DNA of 62,926 bases, the filler included, from Reticulomyxa filosa (lineage: Eukaryota > Protista > Foraminifera): NCBI GenBank assembly GCA_000512085.1. It is 17 parts of 17 records of this genome, joined end to end, with 100 filler letters (N's around TTAATTAATTAA, not from the genome) between each part and the next. Parts side by side here need not be neighbours in the genome. Positions count along the whole stretch, not along the records: positions 26,228 to 29,112 come from ASPP01018679.1; positions 29,213 to 32,537 come from ASPP01031565.1; positions 32,638 to 35,485 come from ASPP01001709.1; positions 35,586 to 41,496 come from ASPP01005457.1; 13 more parts are not named here. One strand, 5' to 3'. Under the pieces are notes generated by a model that saw only the letters and a program-made list of their open reading frames with translations, ran no database searches and was not told the DNA's origin. The position numbers and the translations under genes are program-made. Positions within the stretch are counted from its first letter, which is position 1; each line of letters starts with the position of its first letter. Shown piece by piece: positions 26,408-39,091 of this stretch.

Positions 26408-26804
26408 GTGGATGACATTGGAATACTCTCTCCGCACAGCATGACAATGATGACCAATGTCAACTCCTCATTTGGTGAAGACAGTCAGTTCCATATGCGA
26501 TGGTTGTCCGAAGAACTCTCCGTCCAGATGAACACGCCGCTAAGTTGCTCGCCCAAAATTGGCATTCGCAACGCAAAGCACTTCCCCGGACACAGTCCAT
26601 ATCACCATCACAACCACAATGACCATAGTGTCAGCGACCCCACCCATCGGACTTGTCCAAAAAAAAAAGGGGGTCCACACGCCAAGGTAACAAAAAGCTG
26701 CGAGCCATTTTCCATAAAAACGCAAAAAAAAACCTTGCAATGACTGTTTACCTGTGAACTTGCAATTTCAATCACACTGCAGTAGTGATCACAGTTGCAA
26801 TGAC

Positions 26805-26852
<48 letters not shown>

Positions 26853-27353
26853 TGTGTATTAATAACCGATGAATTGACCGAAGAAAAGCGAGGAAATGCT
26901 AAAGACAAAATTGTGTTCAGCACACTATCGACGTTGTCAATCTCGTTGGAAGGACAGGCATTGGACAAAGGAAAGAACCACAATGACGACGGGGCTGTAC
27001 TATTGTCACAGCTGTTGTCGTCTCGCCCTTCCAAACTTGGAATGGCGGACGAATGTGTCAAGGCTTTGTGTAACGAGTCGTCTTCGCGTCATGATAAGAA
27101 ACAAATGCCGGTCATGGAGGACAATGAACATGCAAATGAAAAAGAAACCGACATCGGGCTGGCAACACTGGTACGTAAACAACCATTGCACGTGAGTGAC
27201 TACTTTCAATCGCTGGTGACACTTCATTCGTCACAGCCTGCTGCATTTGACTCGCAAACACTATTTGCACAGAAATCAAAGCCGATTCACATTCCCTCTT
27301 CCAATCAAAAAAAATATGACATTTGTTTTAACTCCTCGCTTCACCAAGTTTAA
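26408..27353 (+). CDS. Low-complexity (Asn/His/Ser-rich) hypothetical protein
   Basis: Two adjacent ORFs, probably one frame split at A-runs; poly-N tract; no domain recognised. Confidence 0.45.
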
Positions 27354-30289
27354 TTTTTTTTTTTTTTTTATGTGCAATGTTATTTCATAATCAAATCTAA
27401 TTTTTTTGATCGCTACGTCAATAAAATAACAAACACGTATACAAATAAATAAAACCAAAGAAAAATTTTTTAGATAAGGGCTTGCAAAGTCAACCAGCAC
27501 ACATGGAACATGATGAACTTTTCCAAATGGAAATATGAATAATAATCACCAGGTTATATAATATATATACGTATGATTTTTTTTTTTTTTTTGGTTGTTA
27601 TATTTATGTTCTAAGTTTTTTTAAATCTTTTTTTTTTGGTTGTTTATTTGTCCGATACTTTGGCCTTTGTTTTAATTCAAAATATTTCCAATCTTTTTTT
27701 TTCTCCTTCTTTTTTTGGACTATAATATGATCTGTTTTATGACTTTTTTTTTTAAGTTGTTTCTTTCACGTTCTTTTGTACTCAACTCTGTGAAGTAGGG
27801 TCATTTATATTTGAACCAGTTTGTGTTTTTACTTCATTTGTTTATTTTTTTCCTTTTTCAATGGGTACGCTTTGTCGTTGGTAAAACGTATCCATTGGTA
27901 TACGATTTTGTGATTGATTTTGTTGGATGTCGTCTTGTAGCTGTGCGGTTACTTTTGAACTCGATTAGATCTGGTCATAAGAGCTTTATTCTTTTGGATC
28001 TTTATGCGTTTTTTTTTGCGTATGTTTCGCTTTTTTGCGTATTTGTTCGCTTGCTCGTCATTTTATTTTGGTTTTGATGTATGCTCTGGATATCTTTTCT
28101 CCGATTTCGTATCTTTTTGCGTTTTTGTGTTTTGCTTGTTTGTGATTCGTATTATTTTTTTTAATCCATTATAAAATGACTTAAAGTTCTTTTTACCAAA
28201 AAAGTTGTAGTTTGCATCTCTGATTCAAAAATATCATGCACATTGCAAAAAAGAGATTAGTGTATTTTTGGAATATTCGTCACTGTTTTTCCTTTTTTGT
28301 GTGGTGCTTTATAATCTTTAGAGCTAAATAAGAACATTAGATTAATTATTAAAGTACAGAATAAAGTATTACATTCATTTTTCCACATAATTAACAAGGT
28401 TAGATTGTAATGATACCTTAAAAAAAATAATGTGGAAAGAAATGTGATAATGTGTGTCAGGAATTCACCTGCACACAATTTTCCGTAAAACAAGTGATTT
28501 TAAAAATTATTACATTATTCGGATGCTAAGTCCGATGATATCTTACAACAAGAAACAAAATATCTTTGTCTAAATATTGTCGAACGTGTTGATTTACTGA
28601 CCAGTTATTTCAATTGTAATGTAAATCATATTGTATGAGCCATAATCAACTCTAAAATTGCGCAATACAACACATCATTGTTTTTAACAATTATTTTCAT
28701 TATTTAGTAAATTATTTGTATCTTTCAGTAAAATGAGAATATTGTTAAGTGCATAATTTTTTTAACAAGGGCATAACATTTATTTTAAAGTCATATAAAC
28801 TAAAAATTCATCAAAGAATTAATTAAAGCGAATATTAAAATATGTAAAATAATTTATGTTCATACTGAATTTCAAAAATAAAGTAATTTCATAATAAAAA
28901 TTGTGGACAGTGAAAAAGTTTTAGTAACAAAGCTAAAACACAATATCTTTTAATTGTGGTATGTGATCTCGTTACAACAATAAAAAAATTTTTTAGACAT
29001 ACCGACAAAAGCATTTTTGGTGATCACATATTTATTGACATACTTTTCAGAATGATTATAAAACTGAATACAAATAACAATCTTTTGAATATGTAACACA
29101 TTTTGGATTTACNNNNNNNNNNNNNNNNNNNNNNNNNNNNNNNNNNNNNNNNNNNNTTAATTAATTAANNNNNNNNNNNNNNNNNNNNNNNNNNNNNNNN
29201 NNNNNNNNNNNNGCTGCCCGAAATCCACTGCTGTCTGACAGCGTTGAGTCAGTCACATCGTCTGCTCATCGACGTTAAGATCTTCAGCGCTTTGCATGTT
29301 GCACTGCTCCATCCCGCGCTTGGGGCTAGATTTCAGTTCGCACTTGCCGCAGCTGCTGCAGGCCATCATCTTTGACATCGACGCATTATTGACGGACCCA
29401 ACCATTCAAATTCTAGCTCTGCTATCGCGCATCTTCGCATACGTGCACTTCCTCACCAACTCTTCCTTTACTTCGTCCAAGGATAGTCGTCACAATGTCG
29501 ATGTCGATGTTGTGGTTGAAGATTAGATGAATGATATCAAATACGATATAGCGACAAAGGCAACATTGATTTTCCCAAATTGACAATTAGCGAAAAGAGT
29601 CGATGAAATGTTCGATGCCTTTACGCTGGCATTTGCGGACAAGATCGTGTTGTTCATCCAAGATATTGCCAATATCAACGAGAGCCCCGAGGCGGAGAAG
29701 AAGACAAGTCAAGGTGCGCATTTGTATTAAAGTCCACCACGTCGACAATACTGACAAGTCGCAAGGGAATGAAATACAAAGCCTATTGTTCAGGTATTCC
29801 GATCAGTGTATGACCACCTTTTGGTTTGCGTTAAGTCTGCGACTGTTCAAAGAATGCTCCACAAAGTGATTGACGCACGCTGCAATTTGGGTCGTTTGGT
29901 AGCACCTTATGTGACACCATGACAAGTGCCAATCCACAATTCGCAATATCGCAATGAATCGACAGGTTTGTCAAAAAGTGATTGATACGAAGCAAGGCCA
30001 AAACATTCACAACTCTTGGTTTTCCATTGGCACCAATGGCGCAACGCGCAAATACGAAGCTAGCGAGTTGAAAATGAAAGTCCAAGACCGTGTTGTCGTA
30101 TCACTTGGAAGTGTTGGAAGGACTTGTGTTCAACTGACATCACCAGTTCATCTCTTACATGTCCTTGCTAGGAGTTGTCATCATCTGTATTGTGGAATCG
30201 GGTTATATGCTATATTAGTGATAATAATGGTCAAACGACAAAGTGGAAACATTGGCAGTCATATTGCATGTTTGTGTAAGCTGAAATGA

Positions 30290-30720
30290 AATTGTTTCAA
30301 CGCTTTTGGAAACCCGAATTTAATTGCAATTGATTGGATCCTCGAAACTGCAAAGGACTTGCAATAACTCGTCTACGTATGTGTTGTCCCAACACATTGC
30401 CAAGCTTAATACTTTCATTGACGACAACGACGACGTCTTCACATTGATGTCCTCTCGAAAGTTGTCTTTGTACGTGCGCTTGATCAATTACTTGTGTCAT
30501 TGCTTTGGACACTTGGCCGACTTTGACGTCGATACATATACTCAGCAGCTGCAAGTCGTCAAAATATATCATTTGTTCACTGCCAAGAATGCAACATCAA
30601 ATTTGTTATTGTGGTATCACTTTCCAAAAGATTATAAACATCATGCTATTTGTCGTCACTTGCAGATTAGCAACGTCTTACATATAGATGAAAAATTTGA
30701 CATCCTGATATGCATTAGAG
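30290..30720 (-). pseudogene. Possible decayed RING/TRAF-type zinc-finger gene
   Basis: Broken reading on the minus strand (ICKT..; FDVAFL..EQ; C..K..LGNV..H...C) with many stops; recognised only by resemblance. Confidence 0.3.
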
Positions 30721-31429
30721 CCAATTTGCATTGCAGTATTGCAGTTATCGAATGTCTATTCATTGTACTTTTTTACAATCATTTAGCATTTTTTAAAAAT
30801 CAAAATGATTAAAATAAAATATATAATAAAAAACTAAATTCAAAATTATATTTAAAAACTCTATTCGTAGATATTAAAAAAAATTAAGTCTTGATGTTGT
30901 TTTTCATGAAGAAAATCAATTATATATATAACATAACGTTTTATATGTCAATTTTACTTTGCATTATAATGAATTTCGGTTTAAAAATATGATCAATATT
31001 TGACTGTTATGAAATAAATCATTTCAAGATTTACCTAAATTATGATAATTAATATTTACCTTATTAAAAATATTATAAACTGCGATCAATTTAAAACGTT
31101 GAAAATAATTTATGCTGTCTAAATAGTATCATTTTTTATAACTGATACAACATTACCAGTTTGTTTTGTTTCACCGTTTTCGTAAGGTTTTTAAATATAA
31201 ATAGTAAATTAAAAGCGGACATTGGCCTGTCGATCCAAACAATATCATAAATAAATTTGCATATGAAATTAATAGAAAAGATAACGAAGTAATAAGACCA
31301 GAAGAAGAATTAGCAGAAATATGAAAAGAATTGCTTGGTTAGTGTTATTTAATGTAAAAGAAAATGACAATATTTTAAGCATAATTAGTGACCATACTTG
31401 GAATAGTTGCGGCATATTCAATCATTGTA

Positions 31430-31640
31430 TTATTGAAAATGAAAAACTTTGTGCCATAGACAGATGGAGCATAAATGTAGTGTGTGTTTTTAAAGGGAAA
31501 ATAAAAGATATGATTGAACATTTAAATATCATTAATTAGGCCAATCAACTTACTGAAATTAAACAATTGAAAAAAGAAATTAAATCAAAAAATAATGATT
31601 TAATAGCTCAATTTATGTTTGTGGATGAACACATGTAAAT
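31430..31640 (+). pseudogene. TRAF-zinc-finger/coiled-coil remnant
   Basis: CVFKGKIKDMIEHLN, then a stop, then a coiled-coil-like EIKQLKKEIKSKNNDLIAQ. Confidence 0.35.
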
Positions 31641-32339
31641 AAAGCTTTTTGATTTATCTTTTTTTCCTTCATTAAAAATATCATGTTGCCAAAAACATAA
31701 AGATTGAATGTAAACGGATTCTTAGAATAATACTTTTTCAACGTCTTTGTTTTCAGAGATTTTCGATTATCTCGTTTTTTGTATTTCAAATTAATATTAT
31801 TGTTTAAATTTAATTGAACTTAATTTCATGCACATTGTTTGCATTTAAGAGTTCTGATATAATCGTTTTGTATGTTATTTTATCTATTGAAATAAATTTC
31901 TTATGTCTGTGAATAATTTAATATTTTCATCGTCTCATTTGTTCTCCAAACAGCAATCATTAAATGAAGGTAATGTATACTTATCTAAAATCTCCTCTTT
32001 TTGTGCGCTTGCATTCAATTAAATATGAAAATTGAACTGAAATTACTTTTCTATGAAGATTTTTGCATTGTAGAATTGTTGTTGCTGATTAATGTGATGC
32101 ACAAATATTTTACAAAATGTAAACATTTATCTTCCATTTCAAAATGTTTCTTGCGTTCAGTTTTTCCTTTTGTCAACAAAAGTTCAAGCATTTTTTTCAT
32201 CTTGCATCATCAAAGATTATTTCAAGAGAAAACTAAAAAAATTTACAAAAATGAACTTAAACTTATCAATCAAAGTTAAGTCCAGCCTATCTTTAAGTTT
32301 TTACTCTTTATTTTACTTATCGTTGTAATCTGTAATTGA

Positions 32340-32537
32340 AACAGTCAGAAGAAGAGATCCAAATCATTATTCATCATTGGATTCGAATATTAAACATTAA
32401 ATTAGGATGGATCAAAGATTTTGACAAATTTGTTGTCAATTATGTTAGTCCATTTGTTCTTTTTTTTTAAAGCCAAATCAAAACATTGTAATATTAACAT
32501 AGGTGTATACTGTCTTCATGTTTGACACATTTTGTTC
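32340..32537 (+). CDS. WD40-family paralog, N-terminal exons, truncated at contig end
   Basis: QSEEEIQIIIHHWIRILNIKLGWIKDFDKFVVNY|intron|VYTVFMFDTFC has the same N-terminal domain and intron position as 970-2299. Confidence 0.85.
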
Positions 32538-32637
32538 NNNNNNNNNNNNNNNNNNNNNNNNNNNNNNNNNNNNNNNNNNNNTTAATTAATTAANNNNNNN
32601 NNNNNNNNNNNNNNNNNNNNNNNNNNNNNNNNNNNNN

Positions 32638-32676
<39 letters not shown>

Positions 32677-33711
32677 CATTAGTGTTACGATTAGTGACAG
32701 CCTTTTGAAAGTGATATGTTTTGAGTGGGTTGCAATGAAAGTGAGTGTCAATGACGAGTTTGGAATCAAATGCGATGGATTCATTGGTGGGATTTGTGTG
32801 TGTATGTCGCTGTTCACTGTTGTGTCCATTGTCGTTGCCATGGCCTGTGTCCACGTCGTCGGCGAGGATGGAGTGACCTGGTCGACGCAGCTTCGAGAGG
32901 GTCGTTTGGTGGGATGCAATATCTTGCGGCGATTGAAACGGAATGACCATATATGACTTGGGGTTCGGAGGGGGCTTGCTGTAGTTGTTCTCAAACAACG
33001 GCGTGGGCACCACTCCATACTTTCGCGCTTGCTTCTTTTGTCGCTCTGTACGTTTACTTTTAAACAAAACAAAAAAAAAAATCAACAATAATACATAAAT
33101 AAGTATATGTATATGTACATATATACATATACATATATAACTCCGAAGAAACACGTTTGTAAAAAAAAAAAAAAAAGCTGAGTGTGCAAATTAAACCAAT
33201 ACAAAAAAAAAAAAAAAAAAAAAGAAGGGTGTAAGTAATAAACGCAACTACAAGCTTATGAGAACAGGTTGTTTTGATGATTTGTCGGAAGTATTTTTTG
33301 TTGCACTTGTAGTGACACACTCCAAAGTTTGGTGGGTACTCGTGTTCGTACGTTTGTCCACGTCCTCCAAATTTTTGGGGAGGGGGTTGCTTTTTGCACT
33401 GGCGTTTTTGTCTGAGTGCGCGTCTTTGTTTTTCGTTGGACTTGTCGGCAAAGAACTCGCGTCCACTTGTTGCGCTGCTTCTTCGGAAGGGCTTTCCTGC
33501 TTCTTCTTGCTCGTGGCTAATGCTAGGCTCCATTGCTGTCTTGCCTCTTTTTTATTCGATTCGATCCAAATGACCCACTGATGTCGAAACACTCGGCCTT
33601 GTCAGAACGTTTATTTGTTGTGATTTGCTGTTCTGATGTTACCAAGTCTTTTTTATCTTGTCTTAAATGACTACTACGCAGTTGTACTGGTGCACTTGTG
33701 TCTTGGGCCAT
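32638..33711 (-). CDS. Hypothetical protein, spliced, 3' truncated
   Basis: Exon-like ORFs (MAQDTSAPVQ..; ..KRTERQKKQARKYGVVPTPLFENNY..) separated by a poly-T/AT intron; ends in a poly-N tract. Confidence 0.45.
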
Positions 33712-34583
33712 GAAAAAAATTAGATAATATAGATTAAGTATTTTAACAAAAAAAAACACGTGCGGCTGTTCTCCCGTGATATACATATACTAAATCTATT
33801 TTCTTCTATTTAATGGACTTTAATTGTATTGGAAAAAACATTCCCAAACATTTTTAAAACAGTTATTTTAAAACATATGTAATTTGCACAACTATAAAGA
33901 TGCCTTGTGTTGATACCTTAAAACAAAAGAAATAATACAAGTTCATGCACAATTGTGCATTTTGCACTTTATTACTTGTTTTATTGTTATCAAATGTTTA
34001 TTGTTGTTTATTTACAGTATTTAGCCTGTGTTCAAGAGAATATTGGGTCCTTTTTTTTTTAGATCTTTCTTTTTCACAAACCGAGTGTCTACAACGACAC
34101 ATAAGCATAATTAACACATTTACGAGTTGTCATTAGCATTTTACTTTTTAGATTTCGTTGACAGTGCCTAAGCCAAAGTTCCTTGGCTGCGCTCTTGGGC
34201 TTACACGCATCTACACGAAAAACTGAGAAAGTCACTAAACTTGAAATTCGGAATAGGAATACATCTATTGTCGATAAATTATACCCATTGCTCACGTTAA
34301 GAAAAATAAATTGAAGTTAGTATTTTAAAAGTTTTACAAGAAACTTGTCCTTTGCAACAAAGCATAACTAAATTTACTCGCTGCTGAGCAAGCTGAAATT
34401 TTCTTCAAAGTGATTTTTAACTGTAAGACGCATGACCAAATTTAAAGATAAAGTTGTTAAAACCTGGAAGGAAAAAAAAAAGAAGTCAGTGGTTCTTTGG
34501 AAAGGGAACAGGAAAAAACCATGTTATTGTGATTACCCTTTTTTTTGGAGAAAAAACACGTGCAATCAAATCGTACCAAAAAA

Positions 34584-35443
34584 ATGACTAACGCCATCGA
34601 CTTAACATATGAAACTAAAGAGAAAAAACAAAGTACTAGCGTGAAGCTTTTTGGAAGATGGTATGAATTTGTTAAAAAAAAAAGAGAACTACAACCCATT
34701 CAAAAATTTGTGTACCAAAGAAAAATCGAAAAGTGGAGGAGATAAAGAAGGGTAATGGGAAGAAGGGGGGGGGGGAAAGAGGAAATTGAAGTGATATTGC
34801 AAACGCAAGCCTAAACCTTAAACTGTACAACGAACAAAACATGGTAGGAATATGGATGGTTTGTCGATAAATGACCCAACTTTGCGAGACCAAATGGAAT
34901 TGTCCCCAAAATGGCTTCCTCATACTTTGGGTCGCTATCAAAAGAAGCGTTTCAGAAAAATCCGCTGTCCAATTGTTGAGCGATTTATCAATTGCTTGAT
35001 GATGCACGGCCGAAACAGCGGCAAGAAATTGTTATAATTTTTATTCACAAAAAAATTTAATTTTTTTTTTATAAACGCCAAATGCGCAAAAAAAAAAAAA
35101 AAATTTTTACTGCACGAAATTTCGCCATTTTTTTTAAAATTAAAAAAAGTAATAATAATAAATTATTATTATTTTTATTTTTATTTGTTTATTGTTATAA
35201 ATAATGAAATTGTTTTGTTGCCAAATACAGAAATGCAATGAGCATAATGCGTCAGACATTGGAAATAATTGAAGTGATGGACCCTTTTTCGGGATCAGAG
35301 GACAAGGAAATCCGTAAAAAATTTGCAAACCCTGTCCAAGTGTTGATTCAAGCTTTGGAATTAGGTGGACCTCGAGAAGACTCGACCCGAGTCGGCAGCG
35401 CCGGTGTAGTCAGAAGACAGGCAGTCGATGTAGCCCCACTCAG
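34584..35443 (+). CDS. RPS5: 40S ribosomal protein S5 (uS7), 3' truncated
   Basis: VKLFGRW|..[39 protein letters not shown]|..[32 protein letters not shown]. Confidence 0.96.
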
Positions 35444-35631
35444 GTTTGTGTGAATGCAAGTTGCTTTAAATTTTTTTTTTTTTTTNNNNNNNNNNNNNNN
35501 NNNNNNNNNNNNNNNNNNNNNNNNNNNNNTTAATTAATTAANNNNNNNNNNNNNNNNNNNNNNNNNNNNNNNNNNNNNNNNNNNNAAAAAAAAAAAAAAA
35601 AAAAAAAAAAGGAGGAAAAAAAAAAAAAATA

Positions 35632-36775
35632 AACTTGAGTCCCAGCAAAAAAACAACCTCCTGCCAATCGAAGGACTAGATCGACAATACAACCAGTTCG
35701 GATTTTGCAATCGACAATGGTAAGATTGTCCCTTAATTGCAGTCCAGCAAATACAAGTCTCTGCTGTTCCGGAGGGATGCCTTCTTTGTCTTGGATCAAT
35801 GCTTTGGTTTCGGCAATGGTAGTGTGTGGAAAGACAGAGATGGAAAATCTGTTCCAGTCAATGTTCGAATCCTTAGAATCATTTCATTTTCATTTATGAG
35901 CACCGGCACTTGAACAATCGCAATGACATTCTGTTGTTTTCTTTCATTGTCATCTCGCCCTCGACCTTCTTTTCGTCCGAGCTAGTATCCATCTTGCGAT
36001 AGTCTGTCAATCTTTGTCCCAAAGAACGCAGCTTTTGTCCCATGTTTGTTGAAAAACAATTTTTGATTGCCATGTCGAATGAGCTGTGCTGATGTGCCCT
36101 TGCTTGTGCTTACAATGGTCAGCACCGACGGGGAGCATCGAGACGCCTGATAATTGTAAAGTGATACATTGAAAGGGGCTTCCACATTATCCCCATCTGG
36201 TATTGGCAACATACAACACTGGGCCGACATGATCACATGCGTATCCTCCTTTTCGTTACATAAATTCATTCGTATTATCTTACCGGCTCCATCTTTCAAT
36301 GGATAGGACATGTACTCATGCACGTTTTTCAAGTATTCACTCAGTGTTATTGTCTTAAACGTCGCTTTTTTTTTGTCACTATCCGGCTCTGCCAATTGCT
36401 CATTTCCTATCACCAATGGGATCTTTTCCATTCTTACGTCCCAAGTCTTGTCGCTGAAATTTGAGTAACGAATCACCGGCATTCTGGTCTTATCCACTTG
36501 CAATGTCATGTCTGATATGTTTGGTCCCCCAACACGACTTCTTGTTTCTTGCTGTATCTTCCCATGATACATTCACAATATCCAGGCCGGCTTTCGTCGC
36601 ACATTTCTTTGCTTGTGATGAACCTATTGGAATAAAACATTACGTATACGTATGTGGTACGTGCAACACAGAAAACTGTTTGTGTTCCTACTTTTGTTAT
36701 TTACTCACTTGAGGCCATTTCTTTTACAAGGCTAATAACATCTTGTTGAGATTTATCTTTAGGAACTTGAGTCAT
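35632..36775 (-). CDS. Uncharacterised N-terminal domain + divergent ubiquitin (ends LRLAGG) + start of a Hint/intein-like domain (CFFAGTQ); 3' truncated
   Basis: ATG at 36775, intron 36708-36624, three 1-nt homopolymer shifts (about 36528, 36020, 35853). Ubl spans 35882-35656: MILRIRTLTG..TKALIQDKEGIPPEQQRLVFAGLQL..DLVLRLAGG. It is followed directly by C-F-F-A-G-T-Q, then a probable GT donor and the contig end. Confidence 0.85.
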
Positions 36776-37314
36776 TTCAGCACTTCGAAGGAAATTTTTT
36801 AAAAAATGAAACCAATAAAACAAGTCTTTTTTAACTGTCTGGGACAACCGACTTTTTTTTGCGTGTACACTGAACAATCGTATTAACTACTTCAACTAAT
36901 TGACATCGTTAAGTCACTATCTTCAATTATAACAAATAGCAAAAATGAAATGAAAATAAAATATAATGGTATTGAGACAATTAAATTAATAATTCAACGT
37001 GGCGAATTAAAAAATGCTTTTAAATAAAATACTGATTTTCGTTTCCAATAAAAAATTATGGGTGAACTTGTAGGTTTGCATCAAAGTAATGTCCAATTTT
37101 AATTTACTAGTTAATTTTTGGAGTGAAAATTAATTAGCATATGACTTGGCTTAATACATCGACAACAAGTAATTTGAGTATCATTGTTTGTGAATGACGT
37201 TACATTCTTCAATTGTTTAGTAAAAAAGCGCTTTTTGAAGCCGTTGAAATAAATTGCCGACAAAAGTCCAAAACAAAACAAAAACAAGAAGCGTAATCTA
37301 TTTTCATTCTCAAT

Positions 37315-38301
37315 TTTACGTGTTTTGGTGCAAAGTCTTCAAATGTCGTCTCAAATTGCATTTGTTTGCGAATTTCGAATCACAAAGCTCACAAAAGAAT
37401 ATTTTTCTGGCATGAGTGTCGACTACATGAGTTTTATAATGCATTATTAAGCTCTCTTTTCTATCAAATAAAATAAAAGGAAATTGTTTTTTTTTTTTTG
37501 AATTGATCGATCTATTTCATCTTATCTCACAGATATATCCAATAATAAAAAAGATATACCTGGCAAATTTCTTGGAGCAGCAAACACAAACAAATTGCTT
37601 GACACCAAAATGGCAAGTGTCAATATGCTTACGTAATGCACTGGAATCAACAAACAAGCCATGACAAATTTCGCACTCTTTTTTAAATGATAATGCAATT
37701 CGTTCTGAGACAGTGACGGAGGAAAGTTTTAAGTGGATTGGGTAGTGGTTCATCATGTCCGATCGACTGCCAAATTTTCGTTCGCACCCCGGATACAAAC
37801 ACGAAAACTCTTTTTTGTGCACCCTTTGCTGATGACGTGTGACCGAACCACGAACACGAAAGGTTTTGTCACAAAGATTACAACTGTACTTGCCTTTTGC
37901 GCTATTGCGCTTTTTCAAGTAGTGTGAGCACTCATTCAACTTATGGCACCAGCGTTCTTCTTTTGATAAAAATAATAAGAGACAATGTCGGCATTTTTTT
38001 ACTGTAGTTTTTTTTTTTTTGAGTGCGAAAAATCGTTAGGTTAAACAGAACTACTTTTTTTTTATCTTAACAATCAAACAAACAGGAACCTTGGTGCGAT
38101 TCAATACCACATGCGCTTTTATGAATGATAACGTGACATGCGGGGCATTTAAGTGAAGAATTATATTTGAAACTTGAAGGCTCATCTAAAACACCTCCTT
38201 CTAAAGCAGGGGCTAGGAGGAGAGACGACTGCGCTGAGACATGTCTCTGTTTTCTTCACGCTTGCTGTTATGTCTTTCTGACTCAGAGAGGTTTTTGGCA
38301 T
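37315..38301 (-). CDS. C2H2 zinc-finger protein (multi-exon)
   Basis: Repeated CxxC..F.....L..H...H units (CNLCDKTF..HQQRVH, CLYPGC..HYPIH, CEICHGLF..HIDTCH, CVCCSKKF, CELCDSKF..HLKTLH). The start position is approximate. Confidence 0.88.
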
Positions 38302-38685
38302 CTTTATTATATACTTGATATTTCGAAAAAGAATGAACGAAAAACGGTATTAAATTATTGTTTTTTTAGTTTGTGTTTTTTTGCGTGAGCTGGCGCCCAA
38401 GCTAGTACAAATACATAAATAGACTCGTGGGGTATTAGAAGACAGTAATCGAGAGCCAAATACATTCAAATAAACAAAAACAAACAGTGTGTTCGGTTCA
38501 ACGCTGTTCTTTTCAACTTGATTTTTCAAATCTTTACCGTATGAAACATCAAGTTAACAATTAAATCTGCTTCTCTGACTTCCTAGGATTAGAATTAATT
38601 AGTTTTTTCGGCTCAGATTTTCAAAAAACATTTAGTGCAAGGAAAACCTTTGTAAGTAAACTTGAGCACCTGTTGCGGTATATTC

Positions 38686-38975
38686 ATGCGGAACATACTT
38701 TTCATTTCGATATTGTTGTATTATCTAATTGTAAATATTGATGGAAGCTTTGAGGCAACTCGAAGGCGTTATGAAGCCAGACAAGCGAATGCATTCGAAC
38801 CAACCCGTCCTTCAACGTTAGAATTACTCCCACCTTTGTACAATGGAAGCATGCAATGTTTTACGCAAGACGAAATTGAGACCATTGTGACCAATTTTAA
38901 TCTTTCTCGCCGAATTTCGCAAGTGGGAAGAAAACTCGCAGTGATAAATGTATTGGGCCGATAACTCCCTCATTT
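38686..38975 (+). CDS. Putative secreted protein, first exon (signal peptide), truncated
   Basis: MRNILFISILLYYLIVNIDG hydrophobic leader, then a hydrophilic region that runs into an intron-like AT/poly-T tract. Confidence 0.45.
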
Positions 38976-39091
38976 GTGTTCATTTCGTTTAATATATGCG
39001 TATATATAATTTTTTTTATTATTTTTTTTTTTTTTTTTTTTAAAAAAGGGGGGGGGGAGCGTATGTATTTAAAAAAAAGAAAACGCAACAG

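Noticed and set aside
27780-28170. A-rich minus-strand stretch resembling a retroelement ORF remnant
   Set aside because: No diagnostic RT or endonuclease motif could be read.
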